From: an uncultured Clostridium sp. | GTDB taxonomy: Bacteria; Bacillota_I; Bacilli_A; RF39; UBA660 | DNA length: 64,000 bases | Direction: 5' to 3' | Assembly (NCBI GenBank): GCA_902493795.1 | Contig: CABUQZ010000001.1 | Location: 38,697-102,696, forward strand | Shown here: piece by piece, positions 28,804 through 38,825 of the stretch | Position numbering within the stretch: the first letter of the stretch is position 1 | How the letters are laid out: each line of letters opens with the position of its first letter | The notes under the pieces: generated by a model | Databases searched by the model: none | The model's input: only the letters and a program-made list of their open reading frames with translations | Told to the model about the DNA's origin: nothing | Translations under genes and position numbers: made by a program

Positions 28804-30652
28804 CTTTATTCCTCTTTAAATATAAAAGTAACATGGAAATATCAGCAGGATTAACTCCACTAATTCTAATTGCTTGTCCAATAGAAATAGGTTTAATCTC
28901 ATTAAGTTTTTGTGCTGCTTCCTTAGCAAGATTAGGTACTTTACTATAATCTATATCATCAGCTAATTTAATCTTTTCATATTCAAGCATTTTCTCTGCT
29001 TCTTTATTTGCCTTATTAATATATCCTTCATATTTAGTATTTATTACAACTTGTTCAATAACATCTTTAGAAAATTCTTTTTCTACAAACTTTTCTATGT
29101 TTTCATATTGAATCTCAGGTCTTTTTAATAAATCATAAAGTGTAATTGAATCAAGAAGTGTTGCACTATTTATACTTTCTAAATACTCATTAATCTCCTT
29201 TTTTGGAGTTATCTTAGTCTCTTTTAAAATATCTGTTAAAAGTTTTATATTATTCTTCTTATCTTCAAATTTCTTATATTCTTCTTCATTAATTAACCCA
29301 ATATTATGGCCATAATCCATAAGTCTTAAATCAGCATTATCATGTCTTAAAAGCAAACGATATTCTGCCCTTGATGTTAGAAGTCTATAAGGATCTATTA
29401 CCCCTTTAGTAACCAAGTCATCGATAAGCACCCCAATATATGCTTCATTTCTTCCTAAGATTATTGGTTCTTTTCCATCGATTTTTCTAGCTGCATTAAT
29501 TCCAGCAATTAATCCTTGACCTGCTGCTTCTTCATACCCACTTGTACCATTTATTTGTCCAGCAGTATATAAATTCTCTATAAATTTACATTCAAGTGAT
29601 GGTTTTAACTGCAATGAATCTATTGCATCATACTCTATAGCGTAAGCATATTTAACTATTTCGGCATGTTCAAGACCTGGAAGACTATGAACCATTTGTT
29701 CTTGTATGTCATGTGGCATACTTGTAGAAAATCCTTGTAAATAAATATCATCGTAGTATAAGCTTTCTGGTTCCAAAAATAACTGATGTCTTTCTTTATC
29801 AGCAAATTTAACTATTTTATCCTCAATAGATGGACAATATCTAGGCCCAACACCAGTAACATACCCACCATACATACTAGATTTAGATAAATTATTTCTT
29901 ATTATCTCATGTGTTTTTGGAGTAGTATAAATTAAATAGCAAGGAACTTGTTCTTTAGGGTCATAATTAGGAGTATTTGAAAAAGAAAAATTGTATAACT
30001 CATCATCACCAGGTTGTATAGTAGCCTTTGAATAATCAATACTACTTTTTTTAATTCTTTGAGGAGTTCCTGTTTTTAATCTTTTAATATTAAATCCAAT
30101 ACGCTTTAAGGCATCACTTAAATACAAAGATGGTTCTTCATCATGAGGCCCACTAGATACTTTAGTGTCCCCACATAAAACCATACCTTTTAAATATGTT
30201 CCAGTTGTAATGACTAAGCTTTTACCTTCTATTTTTGTTCCATCTCTTAATATAATCGCTTTAAACTTTCCATCTTCCACAATAATATCTTCGGCCATTG
30301 CCTCTAATACTTCCAAATTTTCTTGATGAAGAATTGTCTCTTGCATCTCTTTTTGATAAGTAACTTTGTCAGCTTGTGCCCTTAATGCTCTTACTGCAGG
30401 TCCCTTTTTTGTATTAAGCATTTTCATTTGAAGAAAACTCTTATCAGTATTCTTACCCATTTCCCCACCTAAGGCATCTATTTCTCTTACAATAACTCCT
30501 TTAGCAGGTCCACCAATTGATGGATTGCATGGCATATCAGCAATATTTTTTATTTTACCAGTAACCAATAATGTTTTCTTACCTAATCTTGCACTAGCAA
30601 GACTTGCTTCACATCCAGCATGACCTCCACCAATAACTATTACATCATACAT
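28796..30652 (-). CDS. mnmG: tRNA uridine 5-carboxymethylaminomethyl modification enzyme MnmG (GidA)
   Basis: MYDVIVIGGGHAGCEASLASARLG; the tracked ORF extends 5 codons further upstream. Confidence 0.95.
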   Translation of the reverse strand: MYDVIVIGGGHAGCEASLASARLGKKTLLVTGKIKNIADMPCNPSIGGPAKGVIVREIDALGGEMGKNTDKSFLQMKMLNTKKGPAVRALRAQADKVTYQKEMQETILHQENLEVLEAMAEDIIVEDGKFKAIILRDGTKIEGKSLVITTGTYLKGMVLCGDTKVSSGPHDEEPSLYLSDALKRIGFNIKRLKTGTPQRIKKSSIDYSKATIQPGDDELYNFSFSNTPNYDPKEQVPCYLIYTTPKTHEIIRNNLSKSSMYGGYVTGVGPRYCPSIEDKIVKFADKERHQLFLEPESLYYDDIYLQGFSTSMPHDIQEQMVHSLPGLEHAEIVKYAYAIEYDAIDSLQLKPSLECKFIENLYTAGQINGTSGYEEAAGQGLIAGINAARKIDGKEPIILGRNEAYIGVLIDDLVTKGVIDPYRLLTSRAEYRLLLRHDNADLRLMDYGHNIGLINEEEYKKFEDKKNNIKLLTDILKETKITPKKEINEYLESINSATLLDSITLYDLLKRPEIQYENIEKFVEKEFSKDVIEQVVINTKYEGYINKANKEAEKMLEYEKIKLADDIDYSKVPNLAKEAAQKLNEIKPISIGQAIRISGVNPADISMLLLYLKRNKDE

Positions 30653-30716
30653 ATTTATCACTTCCATAAATCTATTGTATTATAATACAAAAATTATTAA
30701 AAAAAAAGAAATATTT

Positions 30717-33700
30717 CTATTCCTTTTCTTTAGCGACAGTCAACATTAGTTTTATTCTATTAACTTGATTAGTATGACTTGCTCCTGGATCATAATCAAT
30801 AGCAACAATATTACTATCTGGATAAAGTTTTCTTACCTTTTTAATTACTGCCTTACCTACTATGTGATTAGGAAGACAAGCAAAAGGTTGAACACAAACA
30901 ATATTATTTATACCTTCTTTAATAAGTTCAACCATCTCTCCAGTTAAGAACCATCCTTCACCAGTTTGATTTCCAACAGACAATATTCCTTCAACATTAT
31001 CAGCAAGTTTATAAATATCAACACTTTTTCTAAATCTAGTACCCTCTAACGCTTTATCTATTGGTTTCTCATATAAATGGATAATTTCAAGCATTTTTTT
31101 ACATAAGTAAGAGTAAAATGACCCTGTCTTAAACAATTTATCTTTAATTAAGCTATTATAAGCACAATACTTAACAAATCCCATAAGTTCAGGAGCACAT
31201 ACTTCTACTCCTTCTTTTTCAAGTTTATCAACTAAATGGTCATTTCCAAACGTATGATACTTAATAAGTATTTCACCAACAATTCCAACTTTAGGTAATT
31301 TTTTATCTTCTATTTCAATCTCACTAAATCTTTTAACAATTTTATTTATATTTTTCTTATATTCTTTAAATTTTCCATGATACAATGACTCTTCACACAT
31401 TTTTTCAAGCTCATCATACACTCTATTAGTTTCACCTTTGTTAACTTCATAAGGTCTAGTAGCATAGCTAAGTTTCATTAATAAATCACCATAACTTACT
31501 GCTTGAAGTAATTTATTGATAAGTGAAATATTTAAATGGAACGCTTGATCTTTTTCAAGTCCAGAAAAATTCAAAGACATAACTGAAACTTGAGGAAGCC
31601 CAGCATCTACTAAAGCTTTTCTAATTAGTCCTATATAGTTAGTAGCACGACATCCACCACCAGTTTGGGTTAAAATGACACTAGTATTATTAACATCATA
31701 TTTTCCACTAAGCAAAGTATGTACAAGTTGGCCTATAACTATAATTGCAGGATAACAAGCATCATTATTAACATATTTTAACCCTGTTTCAATCATTTCT
31801 TCAGTTGTTTCTTTTAAATATACAGGTTTATATCCTTGTGATAACAATGTTGCGCCCAACAAAGGCATATGAAATTGCGAAACATCAGGAAATAACAATA
31901 TATGTTTTTTATCGGCTTCACTAAAAGTATTCTTTTGATAACTATATGTTTCATATTCTTTATCATTTTGTCTTTTATTCATAGATGCAATTAAAGATCG
32001 AATTCTAATCTTTGCAGTACCTAAATTATTTACTTCATCTATTTTAATTGTAGTAAATAACTTATTATTAAATCTTAATATTTCTTCAGCTTGATCTGTT
32101 ACTATCGCATCAAGTCCACATCCAAAAGAATTTAAATTAACAAGTTCTAGGTTATCATAGCGACTTACAACATCACACGTATTAAATATTCTAGCATGGT
32201 ATTCCCATTGATTCATTACTCTCATTTTAGATTTAATTTTACTTAGATGACAAATTGAGTCTTCTGATAACACAGCAAGGCCTAAAGAATTTATCATAGT
32301 ATCAATTCCATGATTTACTTCTTTATCCAAATGATATGGACGCCCAGCAAGAACAATTGCCTTCTCATTATGTTTTAAAATATATTCTAAGAATTCTTCA
32401 CCCTTATCTTGAACGTCTTTTTTAAACTTTTCTTGTTCTTTAAACCCTAAAGCAACAGCTTTTTTAACTTCACTCTTTTTAAACTTGTATTTCTTAAATT
32501 CAGGAATTTCTAATAATCTCAAAACAAGTTTTTCTTGTTCAATAGGTAAAAATGGATTTATATAAGTTATATTGTTCTTCTCGATATCTTCAACATTTAA
32601 TTTAATTGCTTCACTATAAGAAGTTACTATTGGACAGTTATAATGGTTATCTGAGTTATCAAATTCACTTCTTTCATACATCAAACAAGGATAAAATATT
32701 GTCTTTACTCCTTTATTTATTAAATTGATAATATGTCCATGTACTAGTTTTGCAGGATAGCAAACTGATTCACTAGGCATTGATTCAATACCGCTTTCAT
32801 ATATTCTTCTATTAGAATGATCTGAAATAACAACTTTAAATCCCAAATTAGTGAATATTGTAAACCATAAAGGATAATCTTCATACATATTAAGTACTCT
32901 TGGAATACCTATTTCTCCACGTGGAGCATCTTCTATTGGTTTATAATCAAATAATCTATCATACTTCCAAGCATACATATTGGGTAATGTTGAACTGCTT
33001 CCATTGTTACCACTACCTCTTTCACACCTGTTACCAGAAATAAACCTTTTCTTATCAAACATATTTATTGTTAATGCACAATGGTTTTCACATCCCTGGC
33101 ATCTTGTGTTTGTTGTCTTAACCTTTTGATTTAATAGTTCTTCTTTAGAAAGCATAGAACTTACTATATCTTTATCGTCATACTTATTAAAGTTATCAAG
33201 AGCAATTAAAGCTACTCCATAAGCCCCCATAAGTCCAGCTATATCAGGTCTAATTACTTCTTTATGCGTAATATTTTCAAAAGCTTTTAAGACAGCATCA
33301 TTTAAGAATGTTCCACCCTGAACAACTATCTTTTCTCCTAGAGTAGTCATATCTCTTATTTTCATAACTTTTTGAATGGCATTACGAATAACAGAATAAG
33401 AAAGCCCAGCAAAAATATCACCTAAAGGTCTTCCCTCTTTTTGAGTTTGTTTTATTTTACTATTCATAAATACTGTACAACGACTACCTAAATCTATTGG
33501 AGACTTACTCTTAACAGCTAAGTCTACAAAATCATTAACTGTCATACCTAAGCTCTTAGCAAGTGTTTCAATAAAAGAACCACATCCACTAGAACAAGCT
33601 TCATTTAACATTATAGAGTTAACTGCACCATCTTTAATTCTGATGTACTTCATATCTTGTCCACCAATATCTATGATACTTTCAACTCCAGGCAAGAAAT

Positions 33701-34961
33701 AATTAGCAGCTTCATAATGAGCCATTGTCTCTATTTCACTAATATCAAGATTAAACGCTGTTTTAATAAGCATTTCACCATAACCAGTTGAACCACTTTG
33801 CCTAATAATAACTTTAGGAGGAAGTTTACTATATAAATCAAGGATCATTTCCTTAGCAGTATCATAAGGAGTACCTTTATTGCTTTGATAATTTTCATAT
33901 AGTAATTCCCCATCACTACTTATCAAAACAACCTTACAAGTTGTACTTCCAGCATCTATTCCTACAAATGCATCTCCAACATAACTATTTAAATCTCTTT
34001 TCTTAATTGAGGACTTTTTATGACGTTTTAAAAACTTTTCATAATCTTTATTATCTTTAAATAATGCTGGTAAATTATTAGATTCCTCTTCTTTAAAAGA
34101 CTCTAGTTTTTCCTGTATTTTTTTAAATTCTTTAATATCAAATACATTTTTCTTTTCTTTATCAAGTATTGCACCAATACACACAAAAACTTTTGTATCG
34201 ATATTAGGGTTAACCACTTCATCATCATTTAAGTTCAAAGTACTAATAAATCTATCTTTTAAACTAGATAAATAAGTAAGAGGTCCTCCCAAAAATATAA
34301 CATTACCCTTTATTGGCTTACCACAAGCAAGTCCACTTATTGTTTGGTTAACAACTGCTTGCATTATAGAAAGAGCTACATCTTCTTTTTTAGCTCCTTC
34401 ATTTAAAAGAGGTTGAACATCTGCTTTTGCAAACACCCCACAACGAGAAGCTATTGGGTAAATTGTTTTACCATTCTTAGCTAAATCATTAAGTCCTTCT
34501 GTTGTTGTATTCAAAAGTACTGCCATTTGATCCAAAAAAGAACCTGTTCCACCAGCACAAGAACCATTCATTCTTTGTTCTATTGTTTGATCAAAATATA
34601 TAATTTTAGCATCTTCCCCACCAAGCTCAATACACACATCAGTTTGAGGAACAAATTCCATAATAGCATTCTTACATGCAATTACTTCTTGAACAAAGTT
34701 AACATCCAAAAACTTAGCAAGTGCAATAGCACCACTACCAGTCATTGTTAATGTATAATTGTAACCTTTAAACTTTTCCATAATTTCAGAAAACAAAGTA
34801 AAAATTGTTTTCTTAGTATCTGAAAAATGTCTTCTATATTCACAAAATAAAATATTATTTTCTTTATCCATTACAACTGCTTTAACAGTAGTTGAACCAA
34901 CATCTAATCCTATATTTACTACTTTCATATAAATTACCACCGATAAAAATAATAGTAACAC
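30717..34961 (-). CDS. Fusion protein: two BadF/BadG/BcrA/BcrD-type ATPase (CoA-substrate-specific enzyme activase) domains, a DUF2229-like Cys-rich segment and a 2-hydroxyacyl-CoA dehydratase D-component (HgdB)-like domain
   Basis: Two acetate/sugar-kinase-fold blocks (NIGLDVGSTTVKAVV and FVGIDAGSTTCKVVL); Cys cluster RCQGCENHCALT..CERGSG; C-terminal HgdB-like region (~520 aa); 1414 aa in total. Confidence 0.65.
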   Translation of the reverse strand: MLLLFLSVVIYMKVVNIGLDVGSTTVKAVVMDKENNILFCEYRRHFSDTKKTIFTLFSEIMEKFKGYNYTLTMTGSGAIALAKFLDVNFVQEVIACKNAIMEFVPQTDVCIELGGEDAKIIYFDQTIEQRMNGSCAGGTGSFLDQMAVLLNTTTEGLNDLAKNGKTIYPIASRCGVFAKADVQPLLNEGAKKEDVALSIMQAVVNQTISGLACGKPIKGNVIFLGGPLTYLSSLKDRFISTLNLNDDEVVNPNIDTKVFVCIGAILDKEKKNVFDIKEFKKIQEKLESFKEEESNNLPALFKDNKDYEKFLKRHKKSSIKKRDLNSYVGDAFVGIDAGSTTCKVVLISSDGELLYENYQSNKGTPYDTAKEMILDLYSKLPPKVIIRQSGSTGYGEMLIKTAFNLDISEIETMAHYEAANYFLPGVESIIDIGGQDMKYIRIKDGAVNSIMLNEACSSGCGSFIETLAKSLGMTVNDFVDLAVKSKSPIDLGSRCTVFMNSKIKQTQKEGRPLGDIFAGLSYSVIRNAIQKVMKIRDMTTLGEKIVVQGGTFLNDAVLKAFENITHKEVIRPDIAGLMGAYGVALIALDNFNKYDDKDIVSSMLSKEELLNQKVKTTNTRCQGCENHCALTINMFDKKRFISGNRCERGSGNNGSSSTLPNMYAWKYDRLFDYKPIEDAPRGEIGIPRVLNMYEDYPLWFTIFTNLGFKVVISDHSNRRIYESGIESMPSESVCYPAKLVHGHIINLINKGVKTIFYPCLMYERSEFDNSDNHYNCPIVTSYSEAIKLNVEDIEKNNITYINPFLPIEQEKLVLRLLEIPEFKKYKFKKSEVKKAVALGFKEQEKFKKDVQDKGEEFLEYILKHNEKAIVLAGRPYHLDKEVNHGIDTMINSLGLAVLSEDSICHLSKIKSKMRVMNQWEYHARIFNTCDVVSRYDNLELVNLNSFGCGLDAIVTDQAEEILRFNNKLFTTIKIDEVNNLGTAKIRIRSLIASMNKRQNDKEYETYSYQKNTFSEADKKHILLFPDVSQFHMPLLGATLLSQGYKPVYLKETTEEMIETGLKYVNNDACYPAIIVIGQLVHTLLSGKYDVNNTSVILTQTGGGCRATNYIGLIRKALVDAGLPQVSVMSLNFSGLEKDQAFHLNISLINKLLQAVSYGDLLMKLSYATRPYEVNKGETNRVYDELEKMCEESLYHGKFKEYKKNINKIVKRFSEIEIEDKKLPKVGIVGEILIKYHTFGNDHLVDKLEKEGVEVCAPELMGFVKYCAYNSLIKDKLFKTGSFYSYLCKKMLEIIHLYEKPIDKALEGTRFRKSVDIYKLADNVEGILSVGNQTGEGWFLTGEMVELIKEGINNIVCVQPFACLPNHIVGKAVIKKVRKLYPDSNIVAIDYDPGASHTNQVNRIKLMLTVAKEKE

Positions 34962-35018
34962 TATTTAAAATTAAATGCAATTTATGAATTTTTTTCCCAT
35001 AATTTTCCAAAACTGCAA

Positions 35019-36374
35019 TTACTTACCTAAACAGAACTGACTAAATAGCTGATCTATTAATTCATCACTATAGTTTTCTCCAAGAATTTCACCAAGTTTA
35101 GTCCAAATTCTTTTAATATCTATAGCAACTAAATCAACAGGAACATTGTTGCTTATACCATTTTCAACATCAGATAATATAGGTAAGCACTCTTTAGCAA
35201 GAGTTATTTGTCTTGCATTTGTTAGAATTTCAACATCAGAACTTCCTATTTCTTCTAGGTTAAATAATTCAATAATCTTATTTTTTAATGATTCAATACC
35301 ATCAAGTGAAACTGTATCAGTATAAATAACATTTTTTAAATTTGTTACATCACTTTCTATTTTACTTTCTAAGTCTTTTTTATTAATTACTGTAATATAC
35401 TTTTTATCACCAATCATATCGATTAATTTATAATCGTCACCAGTTAGCTTTTCATTATTATTTAAAACAAGTAGGACTAAATCTGCTTTACTAATTTCTT
35501 TAATACTCTTTTCGACACCAAATTTTTCTACAACATCATCAGTATCTCTAATTCCTGCTGTGTCAATAAAATTAAGTAGAATGCCATTAAGTGTTATGCT
35601 TCCTTCAACTACATCTCTAGTTGTACCAGCTATTTCTGTAACAATTGCTTTATTTTCTCCTAAAAGACAATTTAAAATACTACTCTTTCCTACATTTGGA
35701 CGTCCTACAATAGCTAGATTAATACCTTCTTTAATAATTTTTCTTGTTTCACTTTCCTTAATTATAGAGCTAATTGATTCTTTCATAGAAGCTACCCTAC
35801 TCTTTATATCATTAATAGTAACTGTTTCAATATCTTCATATTCTGGATAATCTATATTAACTTCTACATTAGCAAGTAATTCAAGTAATTCCTGTCTAAA
35901 TTTTCTAATTACACCAGTAAGTCTTCCCTCTAATTGTTTCATAGATTGTTCTCTTGCTTTATCAGTTTTAGAATTAACTATATCCATAACTGCCTCAGCT
36001 TCTACTAAATCTATTCTCCCATTTAAAAATGCTCTTTTGGTAAACTCCCCTTTTTCAGCAAGTCTAGCCCCATTAAGTACCATAATTTCAAGTATTTTAT
36101 TAGTTGAAGCAATACCACCATGACAATTTATTTCTACAACATCTTCCCTTGTATATGTCTTTGGTGCTTTCATAACGCTTACTAAAACCTGGTCTATTTT
36201 AACGTCATCTTGTACAATATATCCAAAATTAATAGTATGACTATCTACTTTAGTTAAGTCTTTGCCACTAAAACATTTATTAACTAACTCAATACACCCA
36301 TTACCAGTTAATCTAATAATTGATATAGCACCCTTCCCTAATGCTGTAGATATAGCTACAATAATATCATTCAT
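35019..36374 (-). CDS. mnmE: tRNA modification GTPase MnmE (TrmE)
   Basis: G domain GRPNVGKSSILN and a C-terminal CxGK motif. Confidence 0.95.
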   Translation of the reverse strand: MNDIIVAISTALGKGAISIIRLTGNGCIELVNKCFSGKDLTKVDSHTINFGYIVQDDVKIDQVLVSVMKAPKTYTREDVVEINCHGGIASTNKILEIMVLNGARLAEKGEFTKRAFLNGRIDLVEAEAVMDIVNSKTDKAREQSMKQLEGRLTGVIRKFRQELLELLANVEVNIDYPEYEDIETVTINDIKSRVASMKESISSIIKESETRKIIKEGINLAIVGRPNVGKSSILNCLLGENKAIVTEIAGTTRDVVEGSITLNGILLNFIDTAGIRDTDDVVEKFGVEKSIKEISKADLVLLVLNNNEKLTGDDYKLIDMIGDKKYITVINKKDLESKIESDVTNLKNVIYTDTVSLDGIESLKNKIIELFNLEEIGSSDVEILTNARQITLAKECLPILSDVENGISNNVPVDLVAIDIKRIWTKLGEILGENYSDELIDQLFSQFCLGK

Positions 36375-36411
36375 ATAATCACTCCCTTAAAGAAAAAAGG
36401 ACTTCACGTCC

Positions 36412-37026
36412 TTAATCATTTCTAACTTTAATGACAACACATCTATTAGGTTCTTCGCCAATACTTTCTGTATAAACATAACGATCATCATTTAATGCAT
36501 TGTGTATTATTCTTCTTTCATATGAGTTCATTGGATCAAGTTTAACTTCTATTTTACTTTTGGCAACTTCTCTTCCTATTTGCTTTGCCATTCTTTCTAA
36601 ATTTTTCTGTTGTTTTAATTTGTATTCACCAACATCTAAGTTAAATTTGTAAAATCTTCCAATTTCATTTTGAACAATTTGTTTAACAATAACACTAAGA
36701 GCACTCATATTTTTTCCATCTCTACCAATTAGTAAGTTATTATTGCTACTATTAAGTGTTAAATTTAATATTCCATCTCTTACTTTAGATTCGATTTGAG
36801 CATCACTAAATCCCATATCTTTTACTAATTTTAATACTGTCTCTTTTATAAACTTATTAATATCTTCTTTCTTAGTAACAGAAACTTCATATTTTTTTCC
36901 TTTAAATAACCCACTTTTTTGTTCTTTAACATCGTAGAAAATTTCTTCTTTTGTTACATTTAATTCATTCAATGCACTTTCAAGTGCTTCTTCCTCTGTT
37001 TTCCCAGAAAATACGTACTTCTCCAT
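36412..37026 (-). CDS. jag: RNA-binding protein Jag/KhpB (KH plus R3H domains)
   Basis: Synteny yidC-jag-mnmE; C-terminal R3H-like ...YVYTESIGEEPNRCVVIK. Confidence 0.8.
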   Translation of the reverse strand: MEKYVFSGKTEEEALESALNELNVTKEEIFYDVKEQKSGLFKGKKYEVSVTKKEDINKFIKETVLKLVKDMGFSDAQIESKVRDGILNLTLNSSNNNLLIGRDGKNMSALSVIVKQIVQNEIGRFYKFNLDVGEYKLKQQKNLERMAKQIGREVAKSKIEVKLDPMNSYERRIIHNALNDDRYVYTESIGEEPNRCVVIKVRND

Positions 37027-37028
37027 AT

Positions 37029-37952
37029 TTATACCTTCTCTTTCTTCATCTTAACTATCATATTTTGAACAACTGTAAATAAGTTTGTTGTAATCCAATA
37101 TATATTTAAAGCTGACGTCATGAAAATTGAAGTAAACAATATTAAGAAAAACATAAATCTAGACATCATCTTCATACTTTGATCACTAGGATTAGATGAA
37201 GAATTCATCTTTAATGAGAAATATGTAGTAGCACCAACTACTATAATAAGAACTAAATATAATAAGTTACCACCTTTTATTCCAGTAAATGGTGTTGTTC
37301 CAAGTTGTAGACCTAATAAATGTTCCTCAAATATAGCAGGTACCCTATTTATTGCTTCTAAAAATCCTATAAATAAAGGTATTTGTATGAAAGCGAACAA
37401 GCAACCAGAAATAGGATTAATATTATACTTTTTATAAATCATTGCCATTTCATTTGATTTTTTCATCATTGAAGCTTGATCTGTTTTTCCTTGATACTTC
37501 TTCTCTAGCCTATCTAACTCTGGCTTAGCATCTTTCATCAATTCAGATTGCATTGCTGTTTTTCTAGTTAATGGATATGCTATTAATCTAATTATCAAAC
37601 TAGTAATTATTAAACCAATTCCATAATCTTTAAAGATATTACCTAATTGAATAATAACCCATGCAAGTGGCTTAACTATTCCACTAGACCATAATCCATC
37701 ATATCCTCCACTACCTATTGAAAAATTCTTACATACAGGTAGTTCATCAATATTCTTATTATTATCTATATAAAGTTTTCTTACTTCTTCATCCTCTGGC
37801 TGACACAAAATATTTTCTGTTAAACTTTGACCTGTTGTAGGATTAGTAACAACCTTACTGTTTTTATCCTCTAATTGTTTTGTACAACCAGTTAGTAAAA
37901 ATACTCCTATTAAAATAACAAATATTTTAGCTATGTTTTTTCTATCTTTCAT
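37029..37952 (-). CDS. yidC: Membrane protein insertase YidC (lipoprotein type)
   Basis: Lipobox LLTGC and YidC/Oxa1 core TM helices. Confidence 0.85.
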   Translation of the reverse strand: MKDRKNIAKIFVILIGVFLLTGCTKQLEDKNSKVVTNPTTGQSLTENILCQPEDEEVRKLYIDNNKNIDELPVCKNFSIGSGGYDGLWSSGIVKPLAWVIIQLGNIFKDYGIGLIITSLIIRLIAYPLTRKTAMQSELMKDAKPELDRLEKKYQGKTDQASMMKKSNEMAMIYKKYNINPISGCLFAFIQIPLFIGFLEAINRVPAIFEEHLLGLQLGTTPFTGIKGGNLLYLVLIIVVGATTYFSLKMNSSSNPSDQSMKMMSRFMFFLILFTSIFMTSALNIYWITTNLFTVVQNMIVKMKKEKV

Positions 37953-38317
37953 TTTTTCTCCTTAAATTTTTGAATTCTTTCCAATAAAGACAAAAAATCT
38001 TTATCTTTAGTAGAAAAATCTACACTTCCATTCCTAATTATTATAATATAATCATAGCCTTTTTGGTAGTATTTTTTATATTTATCAATTATAAAGCGTA
38101 ATTGCCTTTTATATTTATTTCTATTAACTGCGTTACCAAGTTTTTTACTAACAGATATTCCAAACCTGTAATAATCACGTTTATTATCCTTATAATATAT
38201 AACATAACTATTATTTTTAAAAAAATGACCATTATGAATAACATCAGAAAATTCAAAATTTTTCTTAACTGTATGATATCTATCCATAATGATCACCTCT
38301 TTTAACAAAAAAGCCAC
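37949..38317 (-). CDS. rnpA: Ribonuclease P protein component
   Basis: Basic protein with a ...KKLGNAVNRNKYKRQLR.. motif, downstream of rpmH. Confidence 0.85.
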   Translation of the reverse strand: MAFLLKEVIIMDRYHTVKKNFEFSDVIHNGHFFKNNSYVIYYKDNKRDYYRFGISVSKKLGNAVNRNKYKRQLRFIIDKYKKYYQKGYDYIIIIRNGSVDFSTKDKDFLSLLERIQKFKEKK

Positions 38318-38333
38318 TGATTACAGTGGAATT

Positions 38334-38453
38334 TTAAACTAATTTTTTGCGTCCTTTACTTCTTCTATTATTTAAAACTTTTGTCTTTTTACGAGCAAAG
38401 AATCCGTGTTTTTTAGCTTTTTTTCTATTATTTGGTTGATAAGTTCTTTTCAC
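38334..38453 (-). CDS. rpmH: 50S ribosomal protein L34 (short, 39 aa, GTG start)
   Basis: Translation [50 protein letters not shown] upstream. Not in the ORF track because it is under 60 aa. Confidence 0.8.
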   Translation of the reverse strand: MKRTYQPNNRKKAKKHGFFARKKTKVLNNRRSKGRKKLV

Positions 38454-38580
38454 AATTCCACCTCCAAACTAAAATCGACATTATTATAATAAGGAAATAA
38501 CAAAATGTCAATTAAAATAATATCATTAAAATAATTATGATGCAACAAAAAAATACAAATTTCCACATTATTCACAACCC

Positions 38581-38743
38581 TGTGTATAAATATACGTAAA
38601 GTTATTCACATAATTAACAAACATGTTGAAAACTTAATAACATCCTGTGATTTAAAATTTGTGGAAAAAGTGGAAAACTCATATTTTACATATAAATAAA
38701 AGGTTTTACCTATGGATAACTTAGTGTATAACTTATGGATAAC
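38581..38743. promoter_or_regulatory. oriC upstream part (incA/B-like): cluster of degenerate DnaA boxes upstream of dnaA
   Basis: TGTGTATAA (38581), TTATTCACA (38602), TGTGGAAAA (38660), TATGGATAA x2 (38711, 38734). Each is one mismatch from TTATCCACA. Confidence 0.6.
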
Positions 38744-38825
38744 TATTTTTTGATTTTTTCTCTTTCTTTTTTTGCACAATTGGTCTACAATATTTGTTGT
38801 ATTTTGACAGGGGGCTTGATAAAGA

